From Vezdaea acicularis (Eukaryota), in assembly GCA_026025075.1 (NCBI GenBank), contig JAPEUI010000031.1, positions 1-64,000 of the forward strand: a stretch of 64,000 nt of DNA, given 5' to 3'. A program made the position numbers and the translations under genes. Position 1 is the stretch's first letter. Each line of letters begins with the position of its first letter. The notes beneath the pieces are model-generated. The model was not told the origin of the DNA, ran no database searches, and saw only the letters and a list, made by a program, of their open reading frames with translations. Shown here one piece after another: positions 38,090 through 51,155 of the stretch.

Positions 38090-40941
38090 CTAAAATATGC
38101 CCCATCCTCTACTTCTTTCCTTTGCTGCGGACGCTGCTTGCGAAGCACTGGAAGAAAATCTGTTTTCTCTTCCCTCTAGTTGCTTCAAGCTTTCCATCTT
38201 TTCCAAGACAAGTTCCAGCATCTCCTTTCGCTTGATAACATCCAAGTGCCTACGGACCTTTGGATCTTCTCTTGCAAATCGCTCGATCTCGATGTCTGAG
38301 AGATGGCGGCCGAGGCGAGTATCAAGCTCCCTCGGAAAGTTATAGTAAAATTCGGAGAGTAACTCGACGTTCAAGAATAGAACCGCAGTCGACGTCAGCT
38401 TATCAGCCACCGCGTCAAGGAAGACCTCCGGACAATAGTATTTGTTCCTCTTATTAGCACATTGTTTCGATCTCACGGCCAAGAGCCGCATCTTGATGAC
38501 ATCCGCGCGATCTCGCAAAAACACTCCTTCCTTCCCTGCGAAACACTCATCAGCGAAGACTGCAAGATCTCATTCCATGACTTACCTTTCGCGAGTAATG
38601 CCGAGCTGAATCCGCCAGCGCCGGCCTGACCATCTCCTTCAACCACCACTTCCCCCTTCCGTACCTTATCTACAAAGCTCATTACCTCTCGGAGCTTTCT
38701 ACGGCCCCCAACGTTCTCCTCAACCGCTTTTACCGCCGACGCACAGGCATTCAGCTCCTCTTTCAGAACGCCGGCTATGTTTTCGCGGCTTTTCGACCAT
38801 TCACTATCTTCGACTTCAATCTCGAACTTATATGGTTTTATGCAATTCTCAACCTGATCGCTTGTGCTATAAAACCGCTCATTTAGGATTCCTGAAGCGG
38901 CGTCCATGATCGCTTTCCGGGCAAAAGGATGGGCTGAAAACGTCGACGCAGCAACCAGGTGATCAACGTTGTTCTGTATCGCATTCGCTACTACTGTTGT
39001 AGCAAGACGTCCGATACCAAGCTTCGTGAGGGATGAGGTGGACGCATCCAGTTTTCGATGCCAATACAATGATTCAGGATCGGCTTTAGGAAGATCAACG
39101 AGGCTGTCTATTTCAGGCGGAGGAGGCCCAAGATCCTGTATGGGTTTATTCCAATACCGCTGGGCCAGCACGTCCAGAATCCGCTGGTCTAATTCTTTCT
39201 TAAGGAGCTCGCGAACTTCAGGCCTTCCAAATCTTTCTGTGAAAGCCTTAAAAGAGTGTTTGAAGGCGTCGAGGCTCTCAGCAAGATATGACTCCGCACT
39301 TAATGGCCGGTCGTTATATTGAACTTTGAATTCGTACGTAGCTTCTTCTAGCTCTTGATGGATGGCATCGCTAGTGCCTTGAAGGCTTGCTGCCATAGTC
39401 TGCTCCAGCACATGCATTAATTTCTTTCTGAGGTTCGTCGTGCCCACGCTAGTGGAGGACTCATCACCAAACTCGAGGGGATGAGCGGAAAAGAAAGAAT
39501 GCTCATTTTTTGTGATAACACCGGTTATGTTGCCATTACTCCGCGAAAACAGACCAGACGTGTGGGGAATTTTACACACAACGCCTACGTAACCTAGACG
39601 AAGCGGGTACTTTCTATCAGTCAGTATGCTTGCGCCACGTATTGGATCGACAAGATCCATCTTCGTAATGACACCAATGGTTCGTTCTCCTCTTGGGTCG
39701 ACTCGGCGGCTCGCCCTCAGCGCCGTTGAATTTGCAAGGTCAACGTCTGCAGCAGAAATAGCTAGGATCACATTGGGAGGCTGAATATACTTGTCGCAAA
39801 GATCTGCAATCTTTTGCTTCAATTCTGTTGGCTGGTCATGACCAGAAACTTGGATATAACCTGGAAGATCAATCAAGGAGAGATCAGGAACATTAGGGGA
39901 ATATATGTTGAGCCGGATTGGGTCGTCCGTAACACAATCTGCTTCAGGGACAGCCAAGTTGAGGTCTGTCAGTGTCTTCTGGATATGAGAGAAGTCTGTG
40001 ATCTTCCCGAGACCAAGTGCTGGAAACTCGCCATATTCTGCCTTTGCATCAGGAATATTGACAAGGGTGAGTTCGATCGGCCTCCGTGTGACCATGTTCG
40101 AGCCTTTTGGTAGAAATTCATGCCCTACAATTGCTTCCAATACCGAGCTTTTCCCAGAAGATTGTGAACCTATGACCACTATCGAGGGAAGGGTGAGCGT
40201 GTTTGACTGGCCGACTGATTGCAACATGCTCCTAATCTCGATCATCTTTTTCGTCAACAACATCATCTGGTCATCTCTTGCTGTCTGTTCGCCTGACCTC
40301 AGATCGTCATCTGGTGACTGGGAGTATCCAAATGCGGCTCCAGATGCACCAGCGGCGACAGCAGCCCCAGATCCACCCTGCTTGGGCGATCCTCCAGGAC
40401 CAGACGCCCCTTCTTTCCCAGACGATGATCCTTCTTCGTTTCTCATTATGTTCTGGAGCCATTCAGGCATCGTGATATTTGCCTTATTCTTCACCCACCC
40501 GTCCTTCGCGCTCTCCTTGGCCTTCTCCCACCCCTGCATGGTCTGGTCGGCAATACCCTTTGCGCCTCCATATACCGTACCTAGAGCCCCACCAGCAGCC
40601 TCCGTACCCTGCTTCAAAACATCCACAACGTAGGTCCCGGCCTGCGTAGCTTGATACTGCACGTATGCCAACCCAGCAATCATAGCCCCTCCAAACATAG
40701 CCGGTATCCTAACAAACTTGAGAAAGAGTTGAGGAATGAGCCTTGCAAACGAGAATGCCCTGACTGCTGGTACATTGTGTATTGAGTTCCGTGCGAGCGG
40801 CCATGGCCTTCTGCGAGCTGTCCGCGTCACGTCTAGTCTGAGCAGACCTCCGGCCGGAGTGTTTACTTGGTGAAGCCTGCGAGTAAGTTGCAGCGGGGCC
40901 TTGCGGGCAGAGCCGAGGCGCATGAGCAGCCTCGCGCTCAT
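38090..40941 (-). CDS. MGM1: Mitochondrial dynamin-like GTPase
   Basis: G1 GSQSSGKSS, G3 DLPG, G4 TKMD, plus presequence and TM segment. One intron ~38534-38586. Confidence 0.96.
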
Positions 40942-41389
40942 CCTGATGGCTTATACGTGGGTAGCTATGAGTTTATAGTGATGCTAGAACCCAAGATTTG
41001 ATGCCATAAGATATTGGGAGGGGCGACTCCTACAATTCTCTAGTGATGATTAAATAGCGCTGGTGGTTTTCCTGGCCCGACGTAGCGAACGGCCAGATGC
41101 TAACTAGCCTTCTGTCTGTTATAATACCTGATATGGCGTGCTTGGGAGTTGGTCGACTTTGATATAGGTCATTCCGTCACTTTAACCTTTTGTCCCAATC
41201 GAAAAAGTGCCTCTCTCTGTGTTTGCTTGCGTTGACTCAAAGCTTGTTCAGTGTTCTTATTTCCCTGACTAGATTATTCGAAGTCCAGGCACCGTCCCAG
41301 GTTCAGACCACTTTCGTGGCTTTTCTCAATTGGGATTAGATATTCAGAAAACACAGGCCGAAATACTCCCAGGCTGCCGAATTTTTAAG

Positions 41390-42579
41390 ATGTGCAGATT
41401 TCTCGTGTGTTTTGCGTTTCATAACTAGCAAAAGGCCTACTAATGCATCGTTCCAGGTCTATAAAGGCAAAGACGAGATCCTGCTATCCAAACTGATCCT
41501 TGAACCTGCCCATTCCATTCTCACCCAATCCTATGATTCCCGACTCCGCCTCGTAAACTCTTGTTCCTTTATTGATTCTTTACGTCCTCCTCACTGATAG
41601 CCTCTAGGACTCTCGCCCCCACAATGGAGATGGCTTCGGTATTGGGTACTACACCCCTCCTAGCCTGGGCCCAACACCCTGTATATTCACATCCACCATC
41701 CCCGCCTGGAACTGCATCAACCTCTCTCGGCTCGCCTCCAAAACAACATCCCCTCTGATCTTTGCCCACGTACGCGCCACAACGGAAGGGGCCCTATCAG
41801 ACTCAAACTGCCACCCCTTCACGCACGGCTCGCTGATGTGGATGCACAACGGCAACGTTGGCGCCTGGCGCCGCATCAAGCGGCGGCTAGTCGATTCCAT
41901 CGCCGAGAAGTGGTTCCTGAGTGTGCAGGGCGGGACGGACTCTGAGTGGGCTTTCGCCTTGTTCCTGGACAGCATGGAGCGCCTTGGGCACAATCCGGAT
42001 GACCAAACGAAGCTGCTAGAAGGGTTTGGCCATATAGCACTAAGACAGGCTATGCTAAAGACAATACAGCGGATCAATGCACTGATCGCTGCGATCCCCG
42101 ACATGACGCATGGTGGCGGGAAGGAGAGTGACACTCGCTCGCTGCTTAACTTCGCGGTCACGGACGGGCACAGCGTGGTCTGCAGTCGCTACGTTTCCTC
42201 ACGCACAGACGAGGCAGCAAGCCTCTTCTTCAGCAGCGGGACGACGTTCCGGGAACACGCCGGACAGGGCAATTTCCGAATGGAGCGGCTGGACAAAGGG
42301 GCAGATATTGTGTTGGTTGCAAGCGAGCCCCTGACGTGGGAGAGAAACAATTGGGTGCCCGTCCCTACGAACAGCGTGCTCACGATTCACAAGCAGACGG
42401 TGCTGATTCACCCTATTGTGGACGAGTACTATAATGCAGACCCGGCGTTTGAGCGTAGTAAAGGCTTCGCAAGGAGCAAAGGCTTGATTAGCGGGGCGCC
42501 GGGGGCGAGCGCGAATGCGAGCCTAGCGGCAACGCCCGCAGCGGAGGTGGTAGATCCACTAAGAGGGAAGGTCCGGTAG
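41390..42579 (+). CDS. DUG3: Class II glutamine amidotransferase (glutathione degradation subunit)
   Basis: N-terminal MCRFL (Ntn Cys2), HNGDGFG, FAHVRA, NCHPF, MHNG, GGTDSEWAF; 2 introns. Confidence 0.93.
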
Positions 42580-42600
42580 TCGGCTAGGATTCATCGCGCA

Positions 42601-45600
42601 TCATCTTTTCAGCGTTTTCTGCTTTTCAGCGTCCTTCACAAGCTTCCTTCCCGAGACGACCAGCCCCTTTCTCGCTCTCACGCGATCCATATATCTCTTT
42701 GCTACATTTTCCTTATCTGCTGTATCTCCTAAATCCTCTAGCTCTTCCTCTGTGGATGGCACCCAGAACGGGTCCTCATCCAACAGTTCAAACCCTTGAA
42801 AGATGAGCTGTGGACTGGCGGCGCCCGACGTGCGGGTACGAATCTCTTCGCTAAAGCCAAAGGACTCGGCAACGGGAAGGACGGAGAGTATTGTAAAGAA
42901 TGGAGTTCCCTCTTTGAGGGATTCTGAAAGAATACGGCCTCGTCTTCGCGTGATAACCCCGTAAACCCGGCCAAGGACCTCAGCTATGGGCAGAGTTAAT
43001 CTACGCCCTATTCTGAAGTGAAAAGGGTGAGGCTTACTTGATGCTTGAATCTCACAACTATACATGGCCAGCATCAAGCGCGGACTCCAGTCTAGAAATC
43101 CCTGCCGAATCGAATCTCGCACGGTTTTGATGACTTCGCCCGTCAGGCGGCCGAGCTGGTCCCTCGCTGAGATTTGCTCTTCAGTAGGGAGCGAGATGCT
43201 GATTTCTTCGAGGAAGACAGCAACGCCTTGGATAGGTTCCGAGCAGAGTGGCCCCTGTGCAGTTGCTAATTGGAAGGCGTAAGATATCTTGTCTGAAAAG
43301 TCGTGCGGTGTGAGGTTTTCAGCACTTGCAGGGGCACTCGGCGCCGAAGAGGCATCCTGGTGTGATTCACGAAGACTGAAGACGTGTAAGCGCTGGCGAA
43401 AATAGAACAAACTTAACCGATTTGGACTCACAACTTATTGCAGGCTCCCTGTTTGGTGTTATCAATCAGCAGATTAGGGCCAACGCGCCTAGGTCCAAAT
43501 GCAGCAATCTTCTCGATTACATTGGCCCAGACCTCGCGCTCCGCCTTGGTTTTTTCGAAAGAAAGTTTCAAGTGAGCCTTGAAATCCACGAAGGAAAGTC
43601 CGGCGTCTTCATCGGCATCACCAATACCATCATTCTCTGCGACCTCCTGAGGTGTCTCGTTACCAAGACGTTTGCCCTCTTCCGCAGCTTTGTGCTCAGA
43701 ATAAAGTCGCTTGATCGCACCAGCATGCTTCTCCAAGAACGTAATTACGGGCTGAGGTAAAGGCTTGACTCTCGTACGAATAGCTATTTGTTTGGAAATC
43801 GTGACGGCCGAAACAGTTCCTCGAGGCAAGTCCTTATTCTTTGGAGGCTCCATCTCGGATGCGCTTATTATTGTCTCCCTGTACGGAACTATCGGTTCGC
43901 TGGCTTGGATTTCGCATTTCGCAAATCTTTCTCGCAAGTCCTTCAGGCATCGCTCCAGATGAAGTTCTCCGGCAGTCAGTATAACATGCTCTCCATTGTC
44001 CAAGACCTCGTATAGAGCGCAAGGGTCACTCTGCTCGAGAAGCTTCATCCCCGCGATCATTTTGTCAAGCTCGCTAGGATTGACTGGCTCAAGCGCGACT
44101 CGAACAATTGGCTTACTGCCGATGCTGATACCAGCCAAATTGACGCTTCCCGAGAGCTGGCTGCATATTGTTCCAGACTTCAAGATGTGTCCTTCTAATC
44201 CGGCAACTCCGAATACCACGCCAGCAGGAACGGAGGTCAAAGGCTCTAAGCCGCGACCCATAAGGAGGTAAAGAGCCGTGATCATTACTTTCTGAGGCTC
44301 TGGGTTCATATGAGGATGGGCGGGTGAAAATTTTGGTGGCAGAACATAGACTTCATCCCCAACTGAAAGTGTCCCTGAATATATCCGTGCGAAACCAATT
44401 AGGTGCTCGGGATCTTCATTTTCGGACTTGATTGAGTCGTCATCACTAGAGACCCCGGTGATCCCAGTAGACGCAAAAGCCCCCGTCATAGATCGGAGTG
44501 TCGACTCATCCCTTTCTGCCGCCTGGCTCCGCGCGATCTCAGCCCTTCTTTTCCGACCTAGATCGCGAGCTTCCTCTGCTGTCAGAATACCACCCTTACG
44601 TTTGTTTTCTGGGAGCTCGCTCTCCCGGATCGCAATCATCTTGCTCACGTATGCGACAACAGGATCTTCTTTGCTTCTCTGGAAGCCTATCATGGAGCTG
44701 CGAACATGTGGATCAACGAAAGAAGCACCTGGAGATTCATCAATGATTGACGGTAGTCGCTCTGCTTGTGAGGATGGAGGTGATGGAAGGTACTCTATTG
44801 CAGACACAAGAACTGCAGTGGATAGAGGAAGCCAAGCAGCAAATACCGTTGTAAGAACATTCCGAGGATCCTTTGAGCGAATAACGGCCGGGGGCAACGT
44901 AATTGACAAGGAATTCGTTATTTTCTCAATCTTCTCTGGGTCACTAATATGGAGAATAGTGAGTAACACGACCAGAACCTTCTATGATGAAAGAAAATGA
45001 TCATAAATGGGACGTACATACCCTTTCCCTGTACGACTTCCTGTAGTTGCCTCGTAGACTGCCCAAACAGGTTCTAATACCAATTGTACAAACATCGGTT
45101 TTAGATTTCTACCCTTTAGATGTTTTTTGCCGAGAACCTTCTTAGTCTTCGGATCGAGGTAGAAATCTCCCCAGAGTACTTTCTCCATTGCTGATCGCTT
45201 CATTCCAAGCTTTTTCTCATATATAGCAGCAAACTGTTTGATAGTGAAGGCCCACCCATCTATTGCACTGCTGAATATAACGTTATTCTGCTCTGGTGCG
45301 AAATAGAGGTCCCCATCGTCCTTCTCTTTGAATTCGCCTGGGGCACTACCTTCAGCATTGGCTTCTACTTCACCATCTGTCAATTCCGAAAGGTCCCTTT
45401 CAACCCTTGCTTGCTCCTTCAAAGCTTCAACGCCAACCCTTTCTTCAACGTGCTCTCGCCATTTCAGATCCTCCTCCATTCGTTCGCCTTGGAAAAAGCT
45501 TCCAACCACAGCGTTGACTTGTTCTAGCAGCTTACTTAAATGCACATAGGCTTCCCCAGGAGCCATCTTCAGTTCTGTAACTAGTCGGTCAATTTTGTTG

Positions 45601-46176
45601 ATAACAAGCATGGGCTTCAAGTGCTCGGTCCACGTATGGCGTAGCACAGTTACTGTTTGACTGCAAACTCCCTCAACAGCATCAACTAACACCAATGCAC
45701 CATCACATAGTCGAGACGCTGTAGAGACCTCACTGCTAAAGTCGATATGACCAGGGGAGTCAATCAAGTTGATCAAATAGTCTTTGTTCTCCAGCGCTCC
45801 GTCTTCGCTAGATTTGCGGCGCATAGAGAAGTAGAGAGATATTGCCGAAGACTCCATGGTAATCCCCCGGAGCTGCTCGTCGGGTCGCGAGTCAAGATAC
45901 CTAATCTTTCCTGCAAGTTTGGGCGAAATAATACCATTGGTGGCAATAAGCGCATCTGTAAGTGATGTCTTTCCATGGTCCTAGGCAATGTGTAAGTAGA
46001 CTTGGACGGCGGCCTTATACAAGTTCCATATACACACAACATGTGCGAGAATACATATCTGGCATGGAATTGTTAGCATCTTAAAGCTGAGCTCTACCTC
46101 AGGGTGCTCTCACATTTCTGATGTCTTTTGAGTTTTGCTGGAGGCTAACGAGCTTTTCTGGATTCACAACCGGCAT
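42601..46176 (-). CDS. RIA1: EF-2-like GTPase for 60S maturation
   Basis: [64 protein letters not shown] and DEDPFWVP; several introns. Confidence 0.95.
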
Positions 46177-46673
46177 CGCGAATGCTTGCCTGTCATGGAC
46201 AATGGCCCTAGGAGAAAACAGATATTCTCAAAACAAGATCTATCTCTATCCCCGAATTCTATCACTAGTATCATGATTGTGGTCAGCCAATTCCTACACT
46301 ATTAGCAGAATCGCCTATTTCGGTGTTGAGTTCAAGCAAAGCTTAAACGAGTAGCCAGCGCATTACGTTTCCAGAAAGAAACCTCCGTTCACGAGCATAT
46401 ATGATTACACTTCGTCCGTCCCAGCTCGATGATTCAGTAATGCACGTTTAATGTTGGAGCAAACTTGCTATTCGCAGGGGGTAAGGTTCCGTTTGGACTT
46501 TTGCCAAAAAGGCTGCCCAGGTCAATGGTATTGTTTTCCCTAAGGCACCTATTGTACTCATTTTATGAGCTCAAAACAATCTGCTTTAAGGCACGCCTCC
46601 GAGAAGCATGTACCGAAAACGTTCATCCACGTCCAGGTCTAAACCCATCCAGATGCAACATCGCTCGCGCCAG

Positions 46674-47302
46674 TTATAGAATTACTTCCTCCTCACTTGA
46701 TCCATTCAACGATACAGCTTCCATATCTCGTGCAGTCGCTGCAATGAGTCGATCATCTATCTTCTCTAAAGGCTCAGGCACTTTGTGTTCTATCGTAGAT
46801 GACTTCTCGATCGACTTCTTCGCCACAACTTTGCTATTCAGATCCTCCCACGTTGCCTATTACATGCGTTACATCTGTCAGCTTCAAAAGCTCTTGGAAA
46901 CGTGGAGACAATTTTAAAGACATACTCGCCTCTCTTTAACCATCTTCACCCTTCCCTCACTCTTTGCAACTTTTCTCTTTGTTTTCTCTATCACTGCCAG
47001 CGCCCTTTCAGCACCCTTCTCTTGACGCCGGCGCTTTTTTGAACTAGCCGCTCGCACCTTCTTCCCCTTCTTGAGAATTCCGGCATCTGCACGAGCAGCT
47101 AGGATAGATGGACGAGCTTCTGAAGATAACACAGGCGCTTTTACTCTCCTTAACGTTTTATCCAGGTTTAGCGAAGGGGATGATGCCCGCCTCGCGGCGC
47201 GAGAATGCACAGTGTGCCTGCCTTCTCTTTGAATCAGTCTTCTACCTGAGAGAGATTTGATGGGCTCTTGCCTTTCTTCTTGACGGGGATAGATTTTGCC
47301 AT
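46674..47302 (-). CDS. Alb1/Ecm1-family ribosome biogenesis factor (3 exons)
   Basis: HSRAARRASSPSL motif and basic central region. Last exon ATWEDLN...EEEVIL*; first intron is probably GC-AG (47271-47222). Confidence 0.8.
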
Positions 47303-47797
47303 CCTTTCAAACCTAGAGAGCGATCAAAGACCATGAATATGATTGTAGGATGGGCATGTGGGGTAATCTCATAATGCTCGGAGTTGTGGGCTACGAGTTA
47401 AGAAGCTTTTCGCGAAGGGTTCGGCTAAAACTACCGACAATGTCCTGAACGTGAAAGTCGAAACCATCAAAGGAATCTACACCACATGTCTCGTACAATC
47501 CACTTGCCATCAGTGCCTTTATCATATAATACGAGAGTCACCTAACCACACTCTCTAAGAAATTATCAGCAGTCTATATGACAGTGTTCTAACTCGTCGA
47601 GTTGAAAAAGCCTGCATGTAGCTACACTTCATCTCTTCGGCAGTAATTCATTGCTCCTTGACACTATCCATCCTCTCACTACTTATGGCTCACTCTCCAT
47701 ATCGACGAGGCCAACTCTCGCATCCACAACCCCTCTACCGCTAGCCACACTTGTCACCCCTGCGTATTGGGCTCCCGTATTAATCTAAGGTACCAAT

Positions 47798-50059
47798 ATG
47801 AGCTTCGTCAATCGTGAACCTCAATACCTTGCCGGCGAGCGCATTTATCAAAGCTCAAACCGGACGTCCTTTGGAGTAGAGGACAAAACTTCAATTACTC
47901 TTATTCTCTACGCGCTGTTAGCAGCAGCTATCATTTACCAACTCTTACATCAGGCGGAGTTACTCCCTGGACTATCAATACTGGATATCTTCTGGAACTG
48001 CCTTGTATATATCATACCTCCTCGCCTCCTAGCTTCCCTTGATAGGCCTTCTACTACTTTTAGCATGCATCAAGTCTTTACTGCACAGACGACTTACCAG
48101 GGTCATGCAGCGAAGAGCGATGCTCTACGAAGAATCATGAATATCGGCCAGAACGGCTTCTTTAATAGTTTCGCAGGCGTCGCAAAGCATTCAAGGATCA
48201 AATCTCTGTCGCAGCCTGACGGTAGCCCTCCAGGCCTTGGTAACTGGGACAACTCATGCTACCAAAATAGTGTCATACAAGTAGGCTGAAACTCAACTGT
48301 TTAAGTGAATAAGTAATCTAATGACGAATAGGGCCTCGCATCACTCAAGACCCTCCCAGAATTCTTGAAACAAGCAAGTACGAAGAGTTTAGAGATCGAC
48401 TCGGATCACCCAAGGACAACTCTAGCGCTTCAGCAAGTGCTAGAGAGCCTCAATGACCCATCCAATTCTAGTACGCGACTCTGGACTCCAGCAGCTCTCA
48501 AATCGATGAGCAGCTGGCAGCAACAAGACGCGCAAGAATACTTCTCGAAGGTGTTGGACGAAATGGACAAAGAGCTAAGGAAGGCATTTGAAGCTTCGCA
48601 TCTCAAGCTAGACAATATCAGTCCTATCCCCGGTTCGACTGAAGCGAAAGCGGAAGAAACAGACCCACCGATTGGAGTCGACGATACATGCAAACCTAGG
48701 AACATCGTTTCTGAAGGCTTAGATGTTCAAGTCTCTCGGCCGTTGAAGTCTGTGCCGATCAGCAACCCTCTTGAAGGACTACTTGCTCAGAGAGTGGGTT
48801 GTAAACGATGTGGGCATTCCGATGGACTATCTCTTATTCCCTTCAACTGCTTGACAGTTCCGTTAGGAAGAGATGTTTATTACGACGTAAGAGAGTGTCT
48901 CGACGAGTATACGGCGCTCGAAGATATACAAGGAGTAGATTGTGCAAAATGCACGCTACTTAGTAGCAAGGATAAGCTTGAGCATATGCTTCAACAAAGT
49001 AAAGAAGCGATCCCTAGTTCTGCGGCTTCCAGAATACAACATCTTGCTAGTGCTCGTATAGGTGCTATTGATGAAGCTCTCGAAAATGACGATTTCTCTG
49101 ATTTTACGCTGTCAAAAAAGTGTAAGATCGCACCAGGAAGTCGAGTGGCCACTACCAAGTCACGTCAAGCCGTCATTGCGCGCCCTCCAAAGTCTCTTGT
49201 CATTCATTTCAACAGAAGTGTATTTAATGAACGTACTGGCGAGCTTTCGAAGAATTATACGGACGTTAGATTTCAGAACAGGCTCAATTTAGGTCTTTGG
49301 TGTCTTGGTGGGAAGAGCGTTCACGAGGAGGATGAAACGGTGGAGGAGTGGGATATGGATCCATCGGAGAGTCTTCTCCGCGGCTTTGAGTCCGATGGTG
49401 ATCCAACGGGTCCAGTATATGAAATACGAGCTGTCGTCACTCATTATGGTCGACACGAAAATGGTCACTATGTATGCTACAGAAAATTTCCTCGGCCACC
49501 TGGACCGATTCTCAAAGAAGGCGAGAGTGCAGCTCAGGATGATAATGGAGCAGGCGCGAAAGACGAAATGCAAAATCAACCTATAGCACACCAATGGTGG
49601 CGTCTTAGTGACGACGATGTGATGAGAGTATCAGAGGCAACTGTTCTCGATCAAGGCGGGGTCTTCATGCTCTTTTACGATCGGATTGAAGATGCATCTG
49701 TGCATCCCATAGACTTACAGAAGCCTACAGCGGATGCGGTCGACAGAGCCCTAGACTCCGAGAACACAAACCCAACTTATGCTGAAGATATATCAAATGA
49801 GCCCTCTCCTTGCGAAGGTGGAAGCAATAGGAACGATGAGAGACTTTTAATCCCTGCCGAAAGTGTATCATCGTACAGCAGTGATGAAACAGAAGTATCT
49901 CTTCTCGAAGATATTCCAGGGAACCAAAGGAGCGGTGCTACTACGCCAGCTGCTCTTACTTCTTCGACACGGACTGGCTTTGACGCAGATATTCGTGAGA
50001 GTAGCTGTGACAGAATCGCCTCGCCATCCGAGACGTCTCTGATGGTAATGGCAAATTGA
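47798..50059 (+). CDS. USP-family ubiquitin C-terminal hydrolase with N-terminal TM (Ubp1-like)
   Basis: Cys box GLGNWDNSCYQNSVIQ, QQDAQEY, His box HYGRHENGHYVCYR, WWRLSDD. Intron ~48281-48331. Confidence 0.92.
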
Positions 50060-51155
50060 AATATTACTCATTTAGTTGCGGGCGCTGGTAGGAGCATCAT
50101 CTTCTTCGGGTGCTTGGGAGGCAGCGGTCGTTGATGCTTATCTCCTTCAGCGAATTGGTCGAGTACACTCTTCGCAATGCTGCATAGCGACGGTGTATGG
50201 ATTTTTGGCTTGTAGCCGAGCACAGTCACCCTTTTGGAACAACGAAACAACTAGTCCGGCGCATGTTTAATGTGTGTAAACAGCTTTTATAAGTATCAAA
50301 TAGCTTATTCTTCCATTACACTTGCGGCCTTAGGTTGTGCGGGTGGAGTTCGCGATCGGCTTTTGGCGACACGTTTCACAGTAATTAGGCATAGGTGCAC
50401 GTCTACTCGTGGCATCCTCCACAACACAGGCTCTAACACTATGAAGACCATCCTAAAACCTCGAATCAGAATTGGCCAGGATCTCACGGTAGTATACTAG
50501 ACCCAGTGTACATTGCGGCTTAGGCAACGTAAGCCACGGTATCTGCATTGAACGGGCGGCTTGTCAACGAGCGACCTCCTCAACGGGCTTGACTAGGGCT
50601 AACGCTATGCCTCGGTTGGCCGCGGGCCTAGCGCCAAGCATGATTCTCCAACGAGAGCAAAAGTGCAGTACTATCGAGCTCATACTAAGAATATTTACTA
50701 TAGGTTGCCAATGACCCTGGAACTGCTGAGAGTAACTTCTGCTGCCGGGGTAAACACGCTCCCTGTTCGCTTCTGCGCCATCAATTTTGTTAAGTGTTTC
50801 GATGGGAACCCGGATGTAAAACCCGTTTTTGACTTCTTAAGAAAGTCTACTAGTCGTTAGATAATATCGCGAAATATCCAGAACTTATCACCCTGCTCAA
50901 ATTGCCAGTGCTTAATTATGCATCCATGAAGGTTTGTAGATTAAGTGTTAATTTTGCTCTCATTATCGCCCATTCGCGTCGCGAATATTCGCCGTAGCAA
51001 CGACGTAGCAACCGATGCGAGCTTATTGGCCAGGAAGGACTTCTCTGTTTACCTCTCATATCTCGGGTACACGGATACTAAGATAGTCGATGTTCTTATT
51101 TCATAGATGCCGATTCAAAGAAGCGATCGACAATTGCCTTGATCTCCTCGTGGAA

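Noticed and set aside
41043..41131. Possible C/D-box snoRNA (GTGATGA...CTGA, ~90 nt)
   Set aside because: No convincing terminal stem, and only ~7 nt of recognisable rRNA complementarity; would need snoscan or Infernal to test.
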